From NCBI GenBank assembly GCA_021613535.1, contig CP075494.1:6014001-6078000 (forward strand): a stretch of 64,000 nucleotides of DNA. Reading direction: 5' to 3'. A program made the translations under genes and the position numbers. The notes below the pieces were generated by a model. The model had not been told where the DNA came from. It made no database searches and was given only the letters and a program-made list of their open reading frames with translations. Within the stretch, counting starts at the first letter, position 1. Every line of letters begins with the position of its first letter. Shown here piece by piece: positions 26,997 to 40,637 of the stretch. The DNA comes from Adineta vaga (Eukaryota > Animalia > Rotifera).

Positions 26997-27264
26997 GTTT
27001 CTATTAAATCTATGTACAATTTGCCATTTTACTATTGCAATCTTTTTGTCGTTGTGCAAAGGCCTTGTTGATGATTGTTACTATCTGTAACTTCAAATGG
27101 TGTGAATACGTAACCAATCATGTACGTTGATGAGTCATCTAAACGAAAATGATTCTATTTTACACGATATCACATTAAAAAAGCTAAAAAGATTTATAGT
27201 AAAACATTCTGATAATCACTTATTATCTTCATTTTGGTATTATTTATCTTAATCTACGAATGCA

Positions 27265-29479
27265 ATGAACAGGTAAGATTATCTTGTGAATCCCTATAGA
27301 ACAAGAATATTTCTTCTTTTTTTTCTTGTAATAAATTATACTCGCATAATTTCGGTTATTTCATATGATAAATTCGACTCTTCTCACTGCGTTCATTATA
27401 GATAAAACTATCTTTATCTTTGTTTTTTTTTCGTTTGTTTTTTATATATTTACAACATTATCTGATAAGAGTGAAAGCAGAAGGAGAAGTATCTTCTTTC
27501 AGTTTGATTGTGTTCTATTTCTATCATTATCATCATTTTTTGCAAACTTCACTCTATGAAAACACTTCAAAAATGTCACTCGTTCTTCTTCTTCTTCTTC
27601 TTCTTCTTCTTCTTCTTCATTGTAAAAAGATCAGCAATAGAAAAATCTATTCTTCTCTTAAATGTTCACATTGTCGTAATGATGAAACATAAAAAAAGCA
27701 GAACTAAGATTTTCATTGTTAGTTCTTATTATCATTATTCTAACATCTTTTTTTCTTAGATTACTCGTTCTCTTTCTTCATATTGTCGTCATCAACCTTT
27801 ACTATTCTTCTATCTTCTTCTTTTTTTCTTTTCGTTTTTTATTTGACTCGTGTCTTGATGCATGCACGACAGTTAAATAGAATAATAATATCCTTGTATG
27901 TTGTCCTTCCTTTTTCTTTTTTGTTTTCCTTATTCATTAAATATTTGTACTAAGAAAAGACATTAGACTAGGTAAAATCATAGCATTTATATGTAAAACT
28001 ATCGTATATACTTCAAAAACAAGACGATGCTTCTACACTTAGTGATGCCATAGAAATAGTTGAAATATATCAACTACTTTTCTCCTAGAAAAAAAGAAGA
28101 ACAATTTGAAATAATAGAAGCATTCGAAGAACTACAGTAGTTTAATTGGCCATCTTTTTTCCTTCTTACTTTTTGTAGACGAATTCTTTTTCAATGGCCT
28201 CACCGAAGACACCACAACTAATCATTCCTGATGATAAAGTCACTAGTGATACAATTGATCCTTGTTCATCGTCAACAACATCAATAATTTTACCAACTAT
28301 TGTTTCTCCAACAAGTTGTGCAACGAAGAAAAAATTAACAAAACTCCTTTCGACACAAGCGAGTTTTGATTATCATCATGTACCCTATCCTATTACGAAG
28401 CGTTTTTCAATCGATGCTGATCCATCATCAATCATTTCACATATACCTATAATCGATCTTTCCAATAGTCCATTACAACAACAATCATCTGCATCAGATC
28501 TGGATGCAAGTTCTTTATCAGCATCTTCGTCTAAAACGACACCTAACAAAGAAATCTTAATAACTCGATCGCCAACATTAAAGAAAAGTGATAGTTTTTT
28601 AGAAATTCCCTATGAAAAAGGTGAAATTGTTGATTTAATCAAATTAGTTGATGATCCTAATGCTGCAGCACATATTACAAATGATGGCCAAGAAGTTTTA
28701 GTTGAACATGGCGCTGCGCCTCATTAATCAATGCAAATTACATATTCTTTTCTCATATTCCATGTTGTAATTTTTCACTTTCACTCTTCATTCTCCGTCT
28801 GTGTGTGTGTGTGTGTGTGTGCGCGCGCGCGTTTAAGAAAATAAAAGAATCGCTGTTGTTATTTTATTACTCTCTATGTAATAACTAATTCTATTGAATA
28901 GTCAAATTTCCGTTCTTTTTGTCTTTTTTTGAAAAAAAAATAAAAAAGTATAATGGTATCTTTTTTCTCCTATTTTCTAGTGATGCCATCAAAACACAGA
29001 AAGAACAATCACGAGAAGCTCGTAATGCATTTATTTTCAATCGAGTAATACCTGGTGTCTATTTTGCATTCATAACAGCATGTGGTTTATTAGGTGGTTT
29101 TGGTATTGCTCTCGGTCGAACAAAAAAACGTGAAACATCAGTTAAATTAACTCAACAAAAAAATGCCACTCAATTATTTGATGATGGACAACGTTTAGCT
29201 GTTCGAGCGTTACGTCGTGCATCGATCTATAGTATGACAGGTGTTTTTTCTTTAGCTGGCTTCCTTTGGTTAATCAGTGGACGACCGAAAACATTTTCAG
29301 AATTCCGACAATGGACCGGCTCATGGTTACCATCGATAAAGAGCAAAAGAGCAAGAGAAGAAGAAGAAGGAAGAACTGAATTTGAAAGTTTAACAGACCT
29401 TATGCAATATTTATCTGATGAAGATCAGAAACTCAAGAGTAAAAAAAAAGAATTGACATCGAATATTAAAGATAACTAG
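27265..29479 (+). CDS. TMEM242: TMEM242 (DUF1358), with a predicted 8-nt first coding exon 27265-27272 and main exon 28981-29479
   Basis: GLLGGFGIALGRTKKRE...GQRLAVRALRRASIYSMTGV...FSEFRQWTGSWLPSI matches the TMEM242 pattern. The main exon has no in-frame ATG before the conserved part. ATG AAC AG|GTAAG at 27265-27277 matches the phase-2 acceptor TTTTCTAG|T GAT. Confidence 0.75.
27584..27618. repeat. (CTT)n microsatellite
   Basis: About 12 CTT units read directly from the sequence. Confidence 0.9.
28194..28727 (+). CDS. Hypothetical Ser/Thr/Pro-rich, probably disordered protein (177 aa)
   Basis: Single ATG-TAA ORF with coding-like composition, an acceptor at ~28178 and AATAAA at ~28839. Confidence 0.6.
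   Translation: MASPKTPQLIIPDDKVTSDTIDPCSSSTTSIILPTIVSPTSCATKKKLTKLLSTQASFDYHHVPYPITKRFSIDADPSSIISHIPIIDLSNSPLQQQSSASDLDASSLSASSSKTTPNKEILITRSPTLKKSDSFLEIPYEKGEIVDLIKLVDDPNAAAHITNDGQEVLVEHGAAPH
28800..28832. repeat. (TG)n(CG)n alternating purine-pyrimidine tract
   Basis: tgtgtgtgtgtgtgtgtgtgtgcgcgcgcgcgt. Confidence 0.9.
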
Positions 29480-29558
29480 TTAAATTTTGTTTTGTTAGGA
29501 AATAAAAAAACATACACACACATACATAGAAGAATTTATTTTTCAAACATTTTTCTAG

Positions 29559-32500
29559 ATGGAAATCATTGATTTCCTATCGTTAATTTGTAACGATAGT
29601 CAAACTTCTCAATCAAAGATCTGGATCAATCAAGATCTATCACCATGTACTCATAAATATCTCTTTGGATTTACACTTCATATTCTTCTTCTAATTATCG
29701 TTACTTATAATATTAGACAACGATCAAAATGCTCATATCGTTTATGGACATTTCCACTTGCATTAATTCGTTTGGCTTCATGTATTATTCTTCTAACGAT
29801 ATGTTCATTTTATTTCCACATGTATTTCTTTGCTGAAATAACAACTCTGCAATGGCTTGATGTTATAAATACAATAATTATTCTACTAACATATTTCGCT
29901 ATTTGTTATTTAAATTTGAACAAAAATCTTTACCATAAAAATCGTCCATGGGTCTATATTATTTCCATGTCAATATTCTTTCTCGTACAAAATTATGATA
30001 TCTATCGGTTAGGAATTAAACATTTAACATTCATGGAGAGTATCTATGTTAGTATTAGACAATTATGTTTAGCATTCATATTTCTTGGACTTTTATGTAT
30101 AAGTCGTCATCGATGCTGCCGACCAGTACAAAATCGAAGTATGTAATAAATAGAATAAACTCTATTACAGATTTTTCAATGATTTCTTTTGTAGATCTTG
30201 AATCCAACGAAAATCGACGTTTATTATCAGATACATTAATTATTCAACCAACATGTTGTTTTCTTCCATTACCGCCAGAACAAGATGCACCGAATGTTAT
30301 TAATGAAGATTTAGCTACTTTAACACAATTATTTACATTTTCTTGGTTTAATCCATTGATGAAACGTGGTTATCATTCATTAATTCATGATTTAAATGAT
30401 CTTTGTTCTTTACCAACTATACTTTTGTCATCATGCTTAACAGATCAACATCATCAGCAACTTTCTCGTTCACTTTTAAGAAATTTTGGTCGGTCCTTCT
30501 TTCTACTTGGTATTCTCAAGATACTTGGTGATGGTCTTGCATTTGGTGGACCTATCTTTTTAAATCGACTAATCATTTATATGGAAGAATCAAGTGCCGT
30601 TGAACCAAAAGATCGTAATTTACGTCATGGTCTTCTTCTTTCAATTACATTGATTGGAACTGTTGCTTTAGCATCATTTCTCAATACACATTTTACATAT
30701 CGTATCAATCGCCTAGGACTTCGATGTAAAATGTATCTCTATACACGTATTTATGGAAAAACAACACAATTAAATATCTGTGAAATGAATCGATTTAGTA
30801 TGGGTGAAATTGTTAATTTTATGTCAACAGATTCTGATCGCATTGTTAATTTCTTTCAATCATTTCATGCATTTTGGTCATTACCAGTTCAGATTGCCAT
30901 TGTTCTTTATCTATTATATGAACAAATTGGTTTAACCTTTCTAACTGGTTTGGCATTTGCAATTATTCTTATACCAATTAATAAAGTTATTGCAACAAAA
31001 ATTGGAAAATTAAGTCAAGATATGATGTTATACAAAGATGAACGTGTTAAACTCGTTTCGGAAATTATCTTTGGTATACGTACGATTAAAATGAATACAT
31101 ATGAAAATTACTTTATTAATCGAATGGATGATGTACGACAAAAAGAATTACGTGCATTACGTGGTAGAAAATATTTAGATGCTTTTTGTGTATATTTTTG
31201 GGCAACAACACCAGTACTTATCTCAGTTCTCACATTTACAACGTATACATTATTAGGCAATCAATTAACACCAGCCAAGGTTTGAGAATGATTTCTTCAA
31301 TCGAAAGATAATCATTCATTTCTTTGGTAAATTGTAGGTATTTACAAGTTTAGCTTTGTTTGCTTTATTGATTTCTCCATTGAATTCATTTCCATGGGTA
31401 ATTAATGGTCTAGTAGAATCACATGTATCATTAAAACGTGTACAACGTTTTATTGATATTGAACCAATATCTCTCGATGAATATTATGAAAATGTACCGA
31501 TTAATCCATTACCATCATTAGGTATCATCTCATAATTCTTGTTATCTATTTATTTAATCTAGTAGAAATTATTTAGATAATGTCTTTCTCAATTCAATCG
31601 ATAATCCAGCACTGGATGTTCGTATAACACGAGCTAATTTTTCATGGAATTCAACAAATAATGTCGAATCGGATGAAATTTCATTGAAAGATATTTATCT
31701 GACAATCTCACGTGGAAGTCTCGTATTGATTGTTGGTCGCGTTGGAAGTAAGATTTGTCAATGACTTTCTTTCACAAATATAATATTGTTATTCATTAGG
31801 TGGAAAAACAACTTTACTCAATGGTTTACTTGGTGAATTGAATAAAATGAATGGTTCAGTTAATGTTCATCATGTTCTTGAAAATGGATTTGCTTATGTT
31901 AGGTAAATATGTGTTTTATTCTATGAAATTGTTTTTTATTATTTCTTGTTTTTGTTGCCAGTCAAGAATCATGGGTTCAACAAATGTCTTTTCGAGACAA
32001 TATTCTTTTTGGTAAAATCTATAATGAACAATGGTATAAGAAAGTTATTCATGCATGTGCACTTGAAAATGATATTAAAGTAAAATGACTAGAATTGATA
32101 ATAGAAAAGTAGTTTTATTATTTGTATAGAATCTCGGTCCAGCTGGTGATCAGACATTAATTGGTGAAAATGGTGTGACATTGTCCGGTAATTTTTTCCT
32201 TCGCTTTATATTAATGTATGAATACTTTTTTCGTAAATTTAGGTGGTCAAAAAGCTCGTCTTGCTTTAGCTCGAGCTGTTTATCAGGTAGTTTAACAAAG
32301 ATATATTAATATTATCTCATTGTTCGTTCTCTCAGGATAAGGCGATCTATTTATTAGACGATCCTTTATCTGCAGTTGATGTACATGTTGGTCGTCATCT
32401 GTTCTCTCATTGTATTCGTGGTGCATTAAAGTATAAAACACGGATCGTATGTACTCATCAAATTCAATTTATGGAACAAGCTGATTATGTTATTTTAATG

Positions 32501-35142
32501 GACAATGGACGAATTATTCAAACAGGTTTTTCCTCTAATTTTTATTTATTATCTTATATTTCATTTTGAATTTATAATCTAATAAGGAAAACCCAGTGAT
32601 ATTCTTTCATCAGCTGAAAATTTGCTCTTATCCAGTCTACATTCGTCACAAACAAGTATTGCTACAACACATAAATCAACACAGGATCTAGAAGAACAAG
32701 TAATTCAAGCAGAAACAGCGTTACAAAACGAAGCTGAACAAAGATGTACTGGTAAGAAATGCTAATGAGAAATTTTGAATGGTTATTGGATGAATATTTT
32801 GATTTAGGAACAGTGAAATTTGAAGTTTGGAAACGATATTTTATTGCTGTGGGTATCTGTCTTTCATTTTCTGTAGTTTTTTCTGTCTTTTTAATGCAAG
32901 GTAACGATCTACTCTCGGAAATAAATGATTCTATTACTTTTTGTAATTCATAGCTTCTCGAAATATATTTGATTGGTGGTTATCTTACTGGACAAGTCAT
33001 CAGTTAACTTTCACAAACCTCACTAATATTACAGGTCAACAATCATTAAAAATTCTCAATCCTAATATGTAAGTTACTTCCTCCTTTCTTCAACTTATGT
33101 ATTTATATCTTGAAAAACTATAGAACAAAATCTCCTTACTTTAGGCAGAGTAGAACATCGTTTGCTAATAAGTATGTCTACTAATTGTCGTATATTAAAA
33201 CTGTGTTGCAGAAACTTAAATTTTTTGTATGTTCGATGTTAAAAAATAAATTTATCTTCTCGTGTAGTGTGACTATTTTGGATGCTCGACCAATCTTCGG
33301 ATTTGCTACACAATCAATGGATAAAGATTTCAAACAGTTCTTTATGATCTATGTCGGTTTAGCTGTAGCTAATTCATTATTTACATTAGCTCGTGCTTTT
33401 ACATTTGCTTATGGTGGTATTGCTGCTGCAAGAAAGTTACACAAATCATTATTTAACAGTCTTTTGTCATGTACTATATCATTTTTTGATATCACACCAA
33501 GTGGACGAATATTAAATCGATTCTCTAGTGATACATGGAGTGTTGATGATTCCTTACCATTTATGATGAATATACTTCTAGCAAATATATTTGCATTATT
33601 AGGAACATTGATATTATCTTGTTATGGTTTACCTAAATTTCTTATAATTCTTATTCCATTAACAATATTCTATTATTTCATTCAAGTAAGATAATTAGAT
33701 TGAAAAATATATTGTAGAAAGTCAGCGATTTCATTTTAGAATTATTATCGTTGGACATCACGTGAAATCAAACGTATTTCATCGGTAACATTATCACCAG
33801 TTTATGCTCATTTTGGTGAAACAATATCTGGTTTAGCTACAATTCGTGCATTTCGTCATGTAACACGTTTTGTTGATCAGAACTTTATCTTAGTATCACA
33901 TAGTCTTCGTGCACAATTTGCATCACTTATTGCTAGTTCATGGCTTGGTTTTCGTCTTCAATTGATTGGCATTGTAATGGTTGCTGGAATATCTATCATT
34001 GGTGTTCTCGAACATGTTTATACAATTCAAGGTTCTAATCCAGCTTTAGTTGGACTTTCTTTATCCTATATTCTATCTGTTACGGGTCTATTAAATGGTT
34101 TAATTTCGAGTTTTACTGAAACAGAAAAAGAAATGGTTGGTGTCGAACGTGTAACTGCATATATTGATGAATTACCACCGGAAGAAGATATTTCTGATCA
34201 ATATATTATTTTAAATGAACCAAGAGAACAAGAAGGAACAACTATTGAATATCGACATGTAATGATGAAATATGCCATTGATCATAAATTAGCATTGAAT
34301 GATATTACATTTCAAATTAAACCAAATGAAAAAATTGGCGTTGTTGGACGAACAGGTTCAGGAAAAAGTAGTCTATTAGCGACATTATTTCGTACAGTAG
34401 ATCTAAATGATGGACAAATTCTAATTGATAATATTGATATCTCTACAATTGAGCGACGTGCACTCAGGTAAGAAGAGATGTTTCTTTTGAATAAATGAAT
34501 ATTTAATGTGGAATTTTCTTCTAGACAAACTTTAGCAATTATTCCACAGAATCCATTTTTGTTCAGTGGAACTGTACGAGAAAATCTCGATCCATATCGA
34601 AACTACACCGATGAAGATATTCATATGATTTTAGAAAAATGTCATCTTCGTGAATTGATAGATAATTTAGGTAATGGTCTTGATTCTATGATTGTTGAAC
34701 GTGGTCGAAATTTTTCTGTTGGTGAAAAACAAGTAAGATATTTCAAATAAAAGCTAATCTTCTACATATGTCTTTTTCAAGCTGTTTTGTTTGGCTCGAG
34801 CATTGCTTCGAAAAGCTAAGGTAAATAGGACGGATTACATCTAGTATATATTGAATTTCAATATGTTTTTGTTTTTTTCAACAGATACTTTGTTTGGATG
34901 AAGCTACGGCAAATATTGATGTTGATACAGATCGTCTTATTCAAGCATCCATTCGTAGTACATGCTCCAATGTAACTGTGATTACTATAGCTCATCGTAT
35001 TCAAACAATTATTGATTCCGATCGAGTAATTGTTATGGATAATGGTCATATGATTGAATTTGATTCCCCTAGAAATCTAGTGGGCAACTCTCAATCGACA
35101 TTTGCTCGACTTGTTCGTGAAGCAAATGTTCAGTTCACGTGA
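29559..35142 (+). CDS. ABCC10: ABC transporter subfamily C, MRP7-like (TMD0-TMD1-NBD1-TMD2-NBD2)
   Basis: MGEIVNFMSTDSDRIVNFFQSFHAFWSLP, GRKYLDAFCVYFWATTP, NSFPWVINGLVE, LSGGQKARLALARAVY, GRILNRFSSD..VDDSLPF, SFTETEKEMVGVER, GRTGSGKSS, DEATAN. These are diagnostic of ABCC10. Confidence 0.93.
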
Positions 35143-35392
35143 TAATCTGCTTTTTTGTTTTGTTTGCTATCGTTGTTATATTCTGTTTTGTATGGAAAAA
35201 TAAATTTATTATTAGCTATGAAATCTTGCAAAAAAAAGTAAACATTCTGTTCTTTTCAAAGAGATTCTGCTGGAAGATCGAGGAAAGTAATCTAGATTAG
35301 ATTTGCACACTTGTTGAAGATTATTTTTTATTGTAAAAGAAAACATGATAAATAACGAAAGAAAACAAACTGAGAATAATTTAAGACAAATA

Positions 35393-37255
35393 TTATAATT
35401 CGTCTTTTTTTATTGCTGCATTTTCATCGATTTGTTTTTGGGGTATAACAACATCGACACTAAGTACTGTTGGACTAGGTACTGCACCATTGTTTTCATT
35501 TCTTCCTAAAATTGTTGTATTTTCTGTATCCGAAATATAATTTGGTTCACCAAAATAATGTGTCGGCGTTATAATTGCCGGATGAAATGCATATGCTTTC
35601 AATTTTCGATTACTAAAATGACTTTTCCAACTTTCATTTGGATGATGATCATACATAATGGGTAAATATTCGTCAACAGGTAAGATTTTCTGTAATGGTT
35701 TTTCATTTACAAGCATTTGTGCACCACGTAATGAAAGTGCATAACCAACAGTCCAATGAGAATATGATGGTTCAATAAGAAATGTTTCAGTTGTATTATT
35801 AAAATTTTCTTCATCTGCTCGCATGATTTTTCTTCCAAGATAAATGATATCCCAATCTAATGAACGATTGGAAAGAATCTTTTCTAATTTATACTTAAAA
35901 TATGGATCAAAACGAACATCATCTTCAAGTATTAATACACCATTAGAATACTTATTTTTAATCATATCTTCCCAGATAAAATAATGTGAAAAGAAACAAC
36001 CTAATTCACCATAATTCATTGGTCGTCGATTGTATGGATCTTCATAATCTGGTAAGAGACGAATTTGAAGACGTTCTAAATAAGCTTGATTCACTGTCTC
36101 TTTTCCGTCGACAGCATCGAAAAATCGTACTGATATATTCAAAATATCAAATGTTGCTTGTAAATGTTGACGGCGATCAGTACGACGAAGAAGATTGACG
36201 ACATAAATTTCATCGAGACCAAACTTTGTTTTTTCTTTTGATGGTGACATATGAATTAATGATGTACGTTCAATTGGTGGCAAATATGTTTGTAATGGAC
36301 CATTCAATTGATGTTCAATTATCATATGAATATAAAGATCGTGGATGGCAGCTTCATCATAGAGTGCTTCAAGAAATTGTGCAGGAATATACCCATATAA
36401 TTCTCGATTACAAACATAAGTAGGAATTGAACTTTGTCTTGCAAGAAGATCGATAGCTAAAATTGAGAAAGATAAGGTATTTTATGAAAATAATGAGAAG
36501 TAGGAAATACCGTATTGTTGTTGAGGTTCATCAAATGTTTGATTATTTAAGAAAACATTACGTATTTGTGGATAGTTGAAATTGAAAAAATAAAAATCTT
36601 TTATACCACCATCAACAAGAAAGCAGCCAAGTTTTTTTCTTTCATAAATCTGTTTATAATTATTATAACCTGATGGTTGTTGATCATTTAAATAGAATGT
36701 TGAGGTATACATATCTTTCGTTGAACGTAATAATGGTGCCATTAATGGTTTATCTTTTGAAATTAATCTTGAGAGAAGTTTTTCAGGTTCAAATAAGATA
36801 ATCATTGAATCAAACATGGCCACATAAGTTACATCTAATTCACTTGTTCGTTTCATAACGTCACGTAAACGATTGGATTGATCATCTTTAGATTTAGCTG
36901 TCCATTCATGTATTGTTATACTTGCAAAAATAGATTGAGTCGATTTTTTCATTGCCGATACCCATTCATTTAATAAACGACTAGTATCATTTTCTGCAGT
37001 AGTATTAAAAACATGATAAAGATGAAAATCTAAATAACATTGACTACATGGACAGGTGAATTGTTCGAGTTGACGAAGAAAATAAGGTAAAACATAAGGA
37101 CGATTATAAATATCCACATCAACTAATAAACGTTCATCTTTGGTCGTCGTAGCAGTTGATAGTTGTTCATCGCCGAATAAATGATATTTTTTTGCATAAA
37201 TTGAAATGAATAGAAAAGAAACGGACAACAGAATTGATATTAATGAATTTGTCAT
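35393..37255 (-). CDS. COLGALT: Procollagen galactosyltransferase (GT25 family), ER-luminal
   Basis: Signal peptide; DEIYVVNLLRRTDRR; YEDPYNRRPMNYGELGCFFSHY; LILEDDVRF; YSHWTVGYALSLRGA; LPVDEYLP; PTHY..ISDTE; C-terminal KDEL. Confidence 0.9.
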
Positions 37256-37896
37256 GATTAAATGCTCTAAAAATACAAGAAAAAGAAGAAATTTGCTTTA
37301 GTTTCTTATAGAGGCACGTATGCTATCGATTTTGCTATGTCGTCGAAATGTTCTTTGACCTGTATATGCTATATGTACTGGTAGAATAAATGGAAAGAAC
37401 AGTACAATTTATACGAAGAGAAACGCATATAACCTCTACAAACGGGCATACGGAAAATATTGTATATTATTGTTCTTCGATATGATAAATATAGAGAAAA
37501 GAAAGAAAATATGGACGAATGAGCGAGAGCGCATATGTTCATATGCATTCTTATAGACAAGAAAAAGAACAGAGAAAAGCACGTATAATAAGAGCAGGCA
37601 TAACACATTGTATTGAATGATCACATAATTAGTTAACTAGCAATATATCAGACATCATATAAAGATGTTTTTTTTCTTTGAATATCTGAAGATTATTTAT
37701 TATTTTCCTTTCTTTTTTTTTGAAAACCATTGAATGATTTGAACTTTCTAGAAAATATCGTACTATCATTCAGTTTATATGTTTTCAATAAAACTTATCG
37801 ATGTCGAAATGGGAATAAATACATCTGTTCGTATTCGATCAGAAAAGATAAAAGTTCGTTAAATTTGAAATATTTTTTATTAAATAATCGAGATAA

Positions 37897-38417
37897 ATGT
37901 TGTCCTTAGTTATACTCGTTTCAGTGCTAACATTAGCAAATACAGCAGCTAATGACGTTCAAAAAGGTGCAGAAATTTAACTTGTTTATAAAAACAATTC
38001 GAATGATCAAAAATATTCTTTTTGTTTCTCTACTTAGTCTCTGAAATACCAATTTCATGGGTAAATTGTAGCACATGGACTGATCAATTATCAATAGAAA
38101 AAGTCGAAGCAAATCAATGGCCACCTAAACGAAATGAATTATTAACTGTTTCTGTTTCTGGTACAGCGAAAGAATCATTTATATATGGAAATTATAATAA
38201 AACAATCGTCTATCGTGGATATTCTTTACCATCAATTACAGGCTCATTAGGTGATCTTGGAGTGACATTACCTTCCCGTCCTGGTCCTTTAAAAATGATT
38301 ATATTCAATAGTACTATACCGGAAGTAGCACCAGCGGGAAATTATGATATCTATGTCAAAGCCAGTGAGCAAGATCATTTCGAAATATTATGCGTCAAAA
38401 TTAGTTGGGAATTATAA
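37897..38417 (+). CDS. Secreted ML-domain (NPC2 / PG-PI transfer protein-like) lipid-binding protein, 2 exons
   Basis: Signal peptide MLSLVILVSVLTLANTAA, then |VSEIPISWVNCS...PPKRNELLTVSVSG...IPEVAPAGNYDIYVKASEQDHFEILCV. Confidence 0.8.
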
Positions 38418-38562
38418 AATATCTTTAATCGAAGTCTACGATTTGCTTACACAGTTTTTTCAAACGATTATTTCTAATAAAAAAAGTTCCTTTTTCCCCA
38501 ATTCTTAGAAGCATAACAAATGAATAATGTCATTGTCTTTCTACATTGATCTAATCAATTCG

Positions 38563-39715
38563 TCAAGTAAGCTTAATTAATAAAGGAATGGACTGAATTT
38601 GTTGTTTGACTAATTCGATCTTTGCTTCTTCGAATAACTTTCGAATAGCATCCAATCTAGAAGGGTATTCTATCGAATAAACAACACGTTTTATACCACT
38701 TTGAACAATCTTTTTTGAACATTGTCGACATGGATTATGTGTCACATATAATGTAGCATCACGACATTGACGTCGACCTGTGATAGAAGAAAAAAAAAAT
38801 ATCTATTTTTAAAGAATCACAAAAATGAACAAATAATACCTGCTTCTAACAATGCACTTTCTTCACCATGAATACAAATACATTCATCCAAACGTTCACC
38901 AGAATCGATGGACATATCCCAGCAACGTTCGCAACCACCTTGATCACAACCTTTAATATTTTCTGGAGTGCCGTTATAACCTGTCGCAACAATACGTTGA
39001 TCAGGATCAGCAATAATACATCCAACTCGATGACGTACACAATTACCGCTAGAAACAAAGAATCATTTTCTTTTCATCACGAAAAATTTTTTGATCTCAA
39101 AAACACTAACTGAGATGCGGTGATCCAAGCTAACATTGAGAAATATATATCCCAATTGGGACATAGTAATTGTGTTGTTGTCAAGTGTTGATCTGTTGAA
39201 TCTACTGAGAGTAATTCTGCTAATTTTCTTTCCAACTCTGTTCGATCATTCTTATCAATGATTAGTCGTAGTTCACAATTATCCATACATTTATTCAACG
39301 GTGATAAATCTTCACTATCCATATGTAAATTTGTTAACATTTCATCTAAATTTGATTCATTTGGCTTCACTCCGAATTGAAGGAAATCGTCTAATTGAAC
39401 AAACTTTTCTAAGGTATCTAATAGCGCATATTTATGACGTTGAAATCTTACGAGTAATGGTCCGTCAACAGCTATACCAAAGAATTGAGGATTATCACGC
39501 ATTTTAGTCATTGATTCAAATGAATCTATACCAACAATAACGACATTTTTTGGCCACGTGTTCTTTGCTTCTTCGAGACATTCTTTGGTGGCATCATGTT
39601 TTTTCTTCTTGAAATCTTTGTATTCAATCATGACAAAATCATAGTTCTTATGGAGAATCTCAGCAACTACATGTTTGCCACTTGCTACTGGACCAATTAA
39701 ACCAATGATTAGCAT
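38563..39715 (-). CDS. DCD1: dCMP deaminase with N-terminal P-loop NMP-kinase-like domain (fungal/protist architecture), 3 exons
   Basis: IIGLIGPVASGK P-loop; PNWDIYFSMLA; NCVRHRVGC; TGYNGTP...GGCERC; CICIHGEESALLEAG; PCRQC zinc motif; IVQSGIKRVVY. Confidence 0.88.
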
Positions 39716-39838
39716 ATTTGAAGAATTCTATAAAGCAATAATTAAATAAATAAAAAGATCAGATTATTCGAATATCGATTATTTATCATTGTGTGGAAGA
39801 ATTAAAATTCGATTAAAGACAGATAGGAAGGTCAACAA

Positions 39839-39910
39839 GCCTCTATAGCTCAGTGGTAGAGCGCCAGTCTTGTAAACTGGAGGTCCGTAGTTCGATCCTG
39901 CGTGGAGGCA
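39839..39910 (+). tRNA. tRNA-Thr (anticodon TGT)
   Basis: 72-nt cloverleaf: acceptor GCCTCTA/TGGAGGC, D arm GCTC-AGTGGTA-GAGC, anticodon arm CCAGT-CTTGTAA-ACTGG, T arm CGTAG-TTCGATC-CTGCG. An oligo-T Pol III terminator follows. Confidence 0.97.
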
Positions 39911-40637
39911 TCCTTTTTTTCAAAGTTTTTCTACAGTATCCTCTCATTCTTCGAAGACAATATAATTTTTTACTATGAAAGAATTGAAGCGTTCTCATTT
40001 AAATTAATTAATATATGTGATAGAGATGTAAAGGCAATTTTAGTGGTATAGATTCAAAAAGTCAATTAAATTCTTTTTTTTTTATTACTTTTTCTCTTCT
40101 GTTGCTTTTCCTAACAACAAGCATGCGTAGAGAAAGGAAAAGAGATTTTTTTTAAACGAACTCTAGGGTCATTTTTTCGTTGTCAAAATTTTGATTAAGA
40201 GTTATGTTGCCATTATCTTGAAATAGTTTTAATAAATCTATGATCTTTCTAAAATGCACTCATACACCACATACCGTTAATAATAATCCGAGGTGTGTAC
40301 GAGTTTAACGTATTATTTGAAGTAAACCATACAGTTAAATAACAAATATATATCGACGCAAATTATACTTGTTATTATTGTGCATTAGCGTGACGAAATG
40401 ACAACTTTTTATCAAACAAATTTTGCGTGGCTTCTCGGATTACTTAGTCTTTGTCAGTTCGATCTCTGCAAACATACGAGAACGCAAATCAAAAAAACTC
40501 GTATATACAATCATATTCATAGATCACTTCATTTGTTTTTATTCAAGATATCCAAAGATGAAGACAAAAGAAAACAAGAAAACTGTACAGAACACGTAAA
40601 AAAACAAATGAACGTCACCGGACAAAGTCAATAAGAT

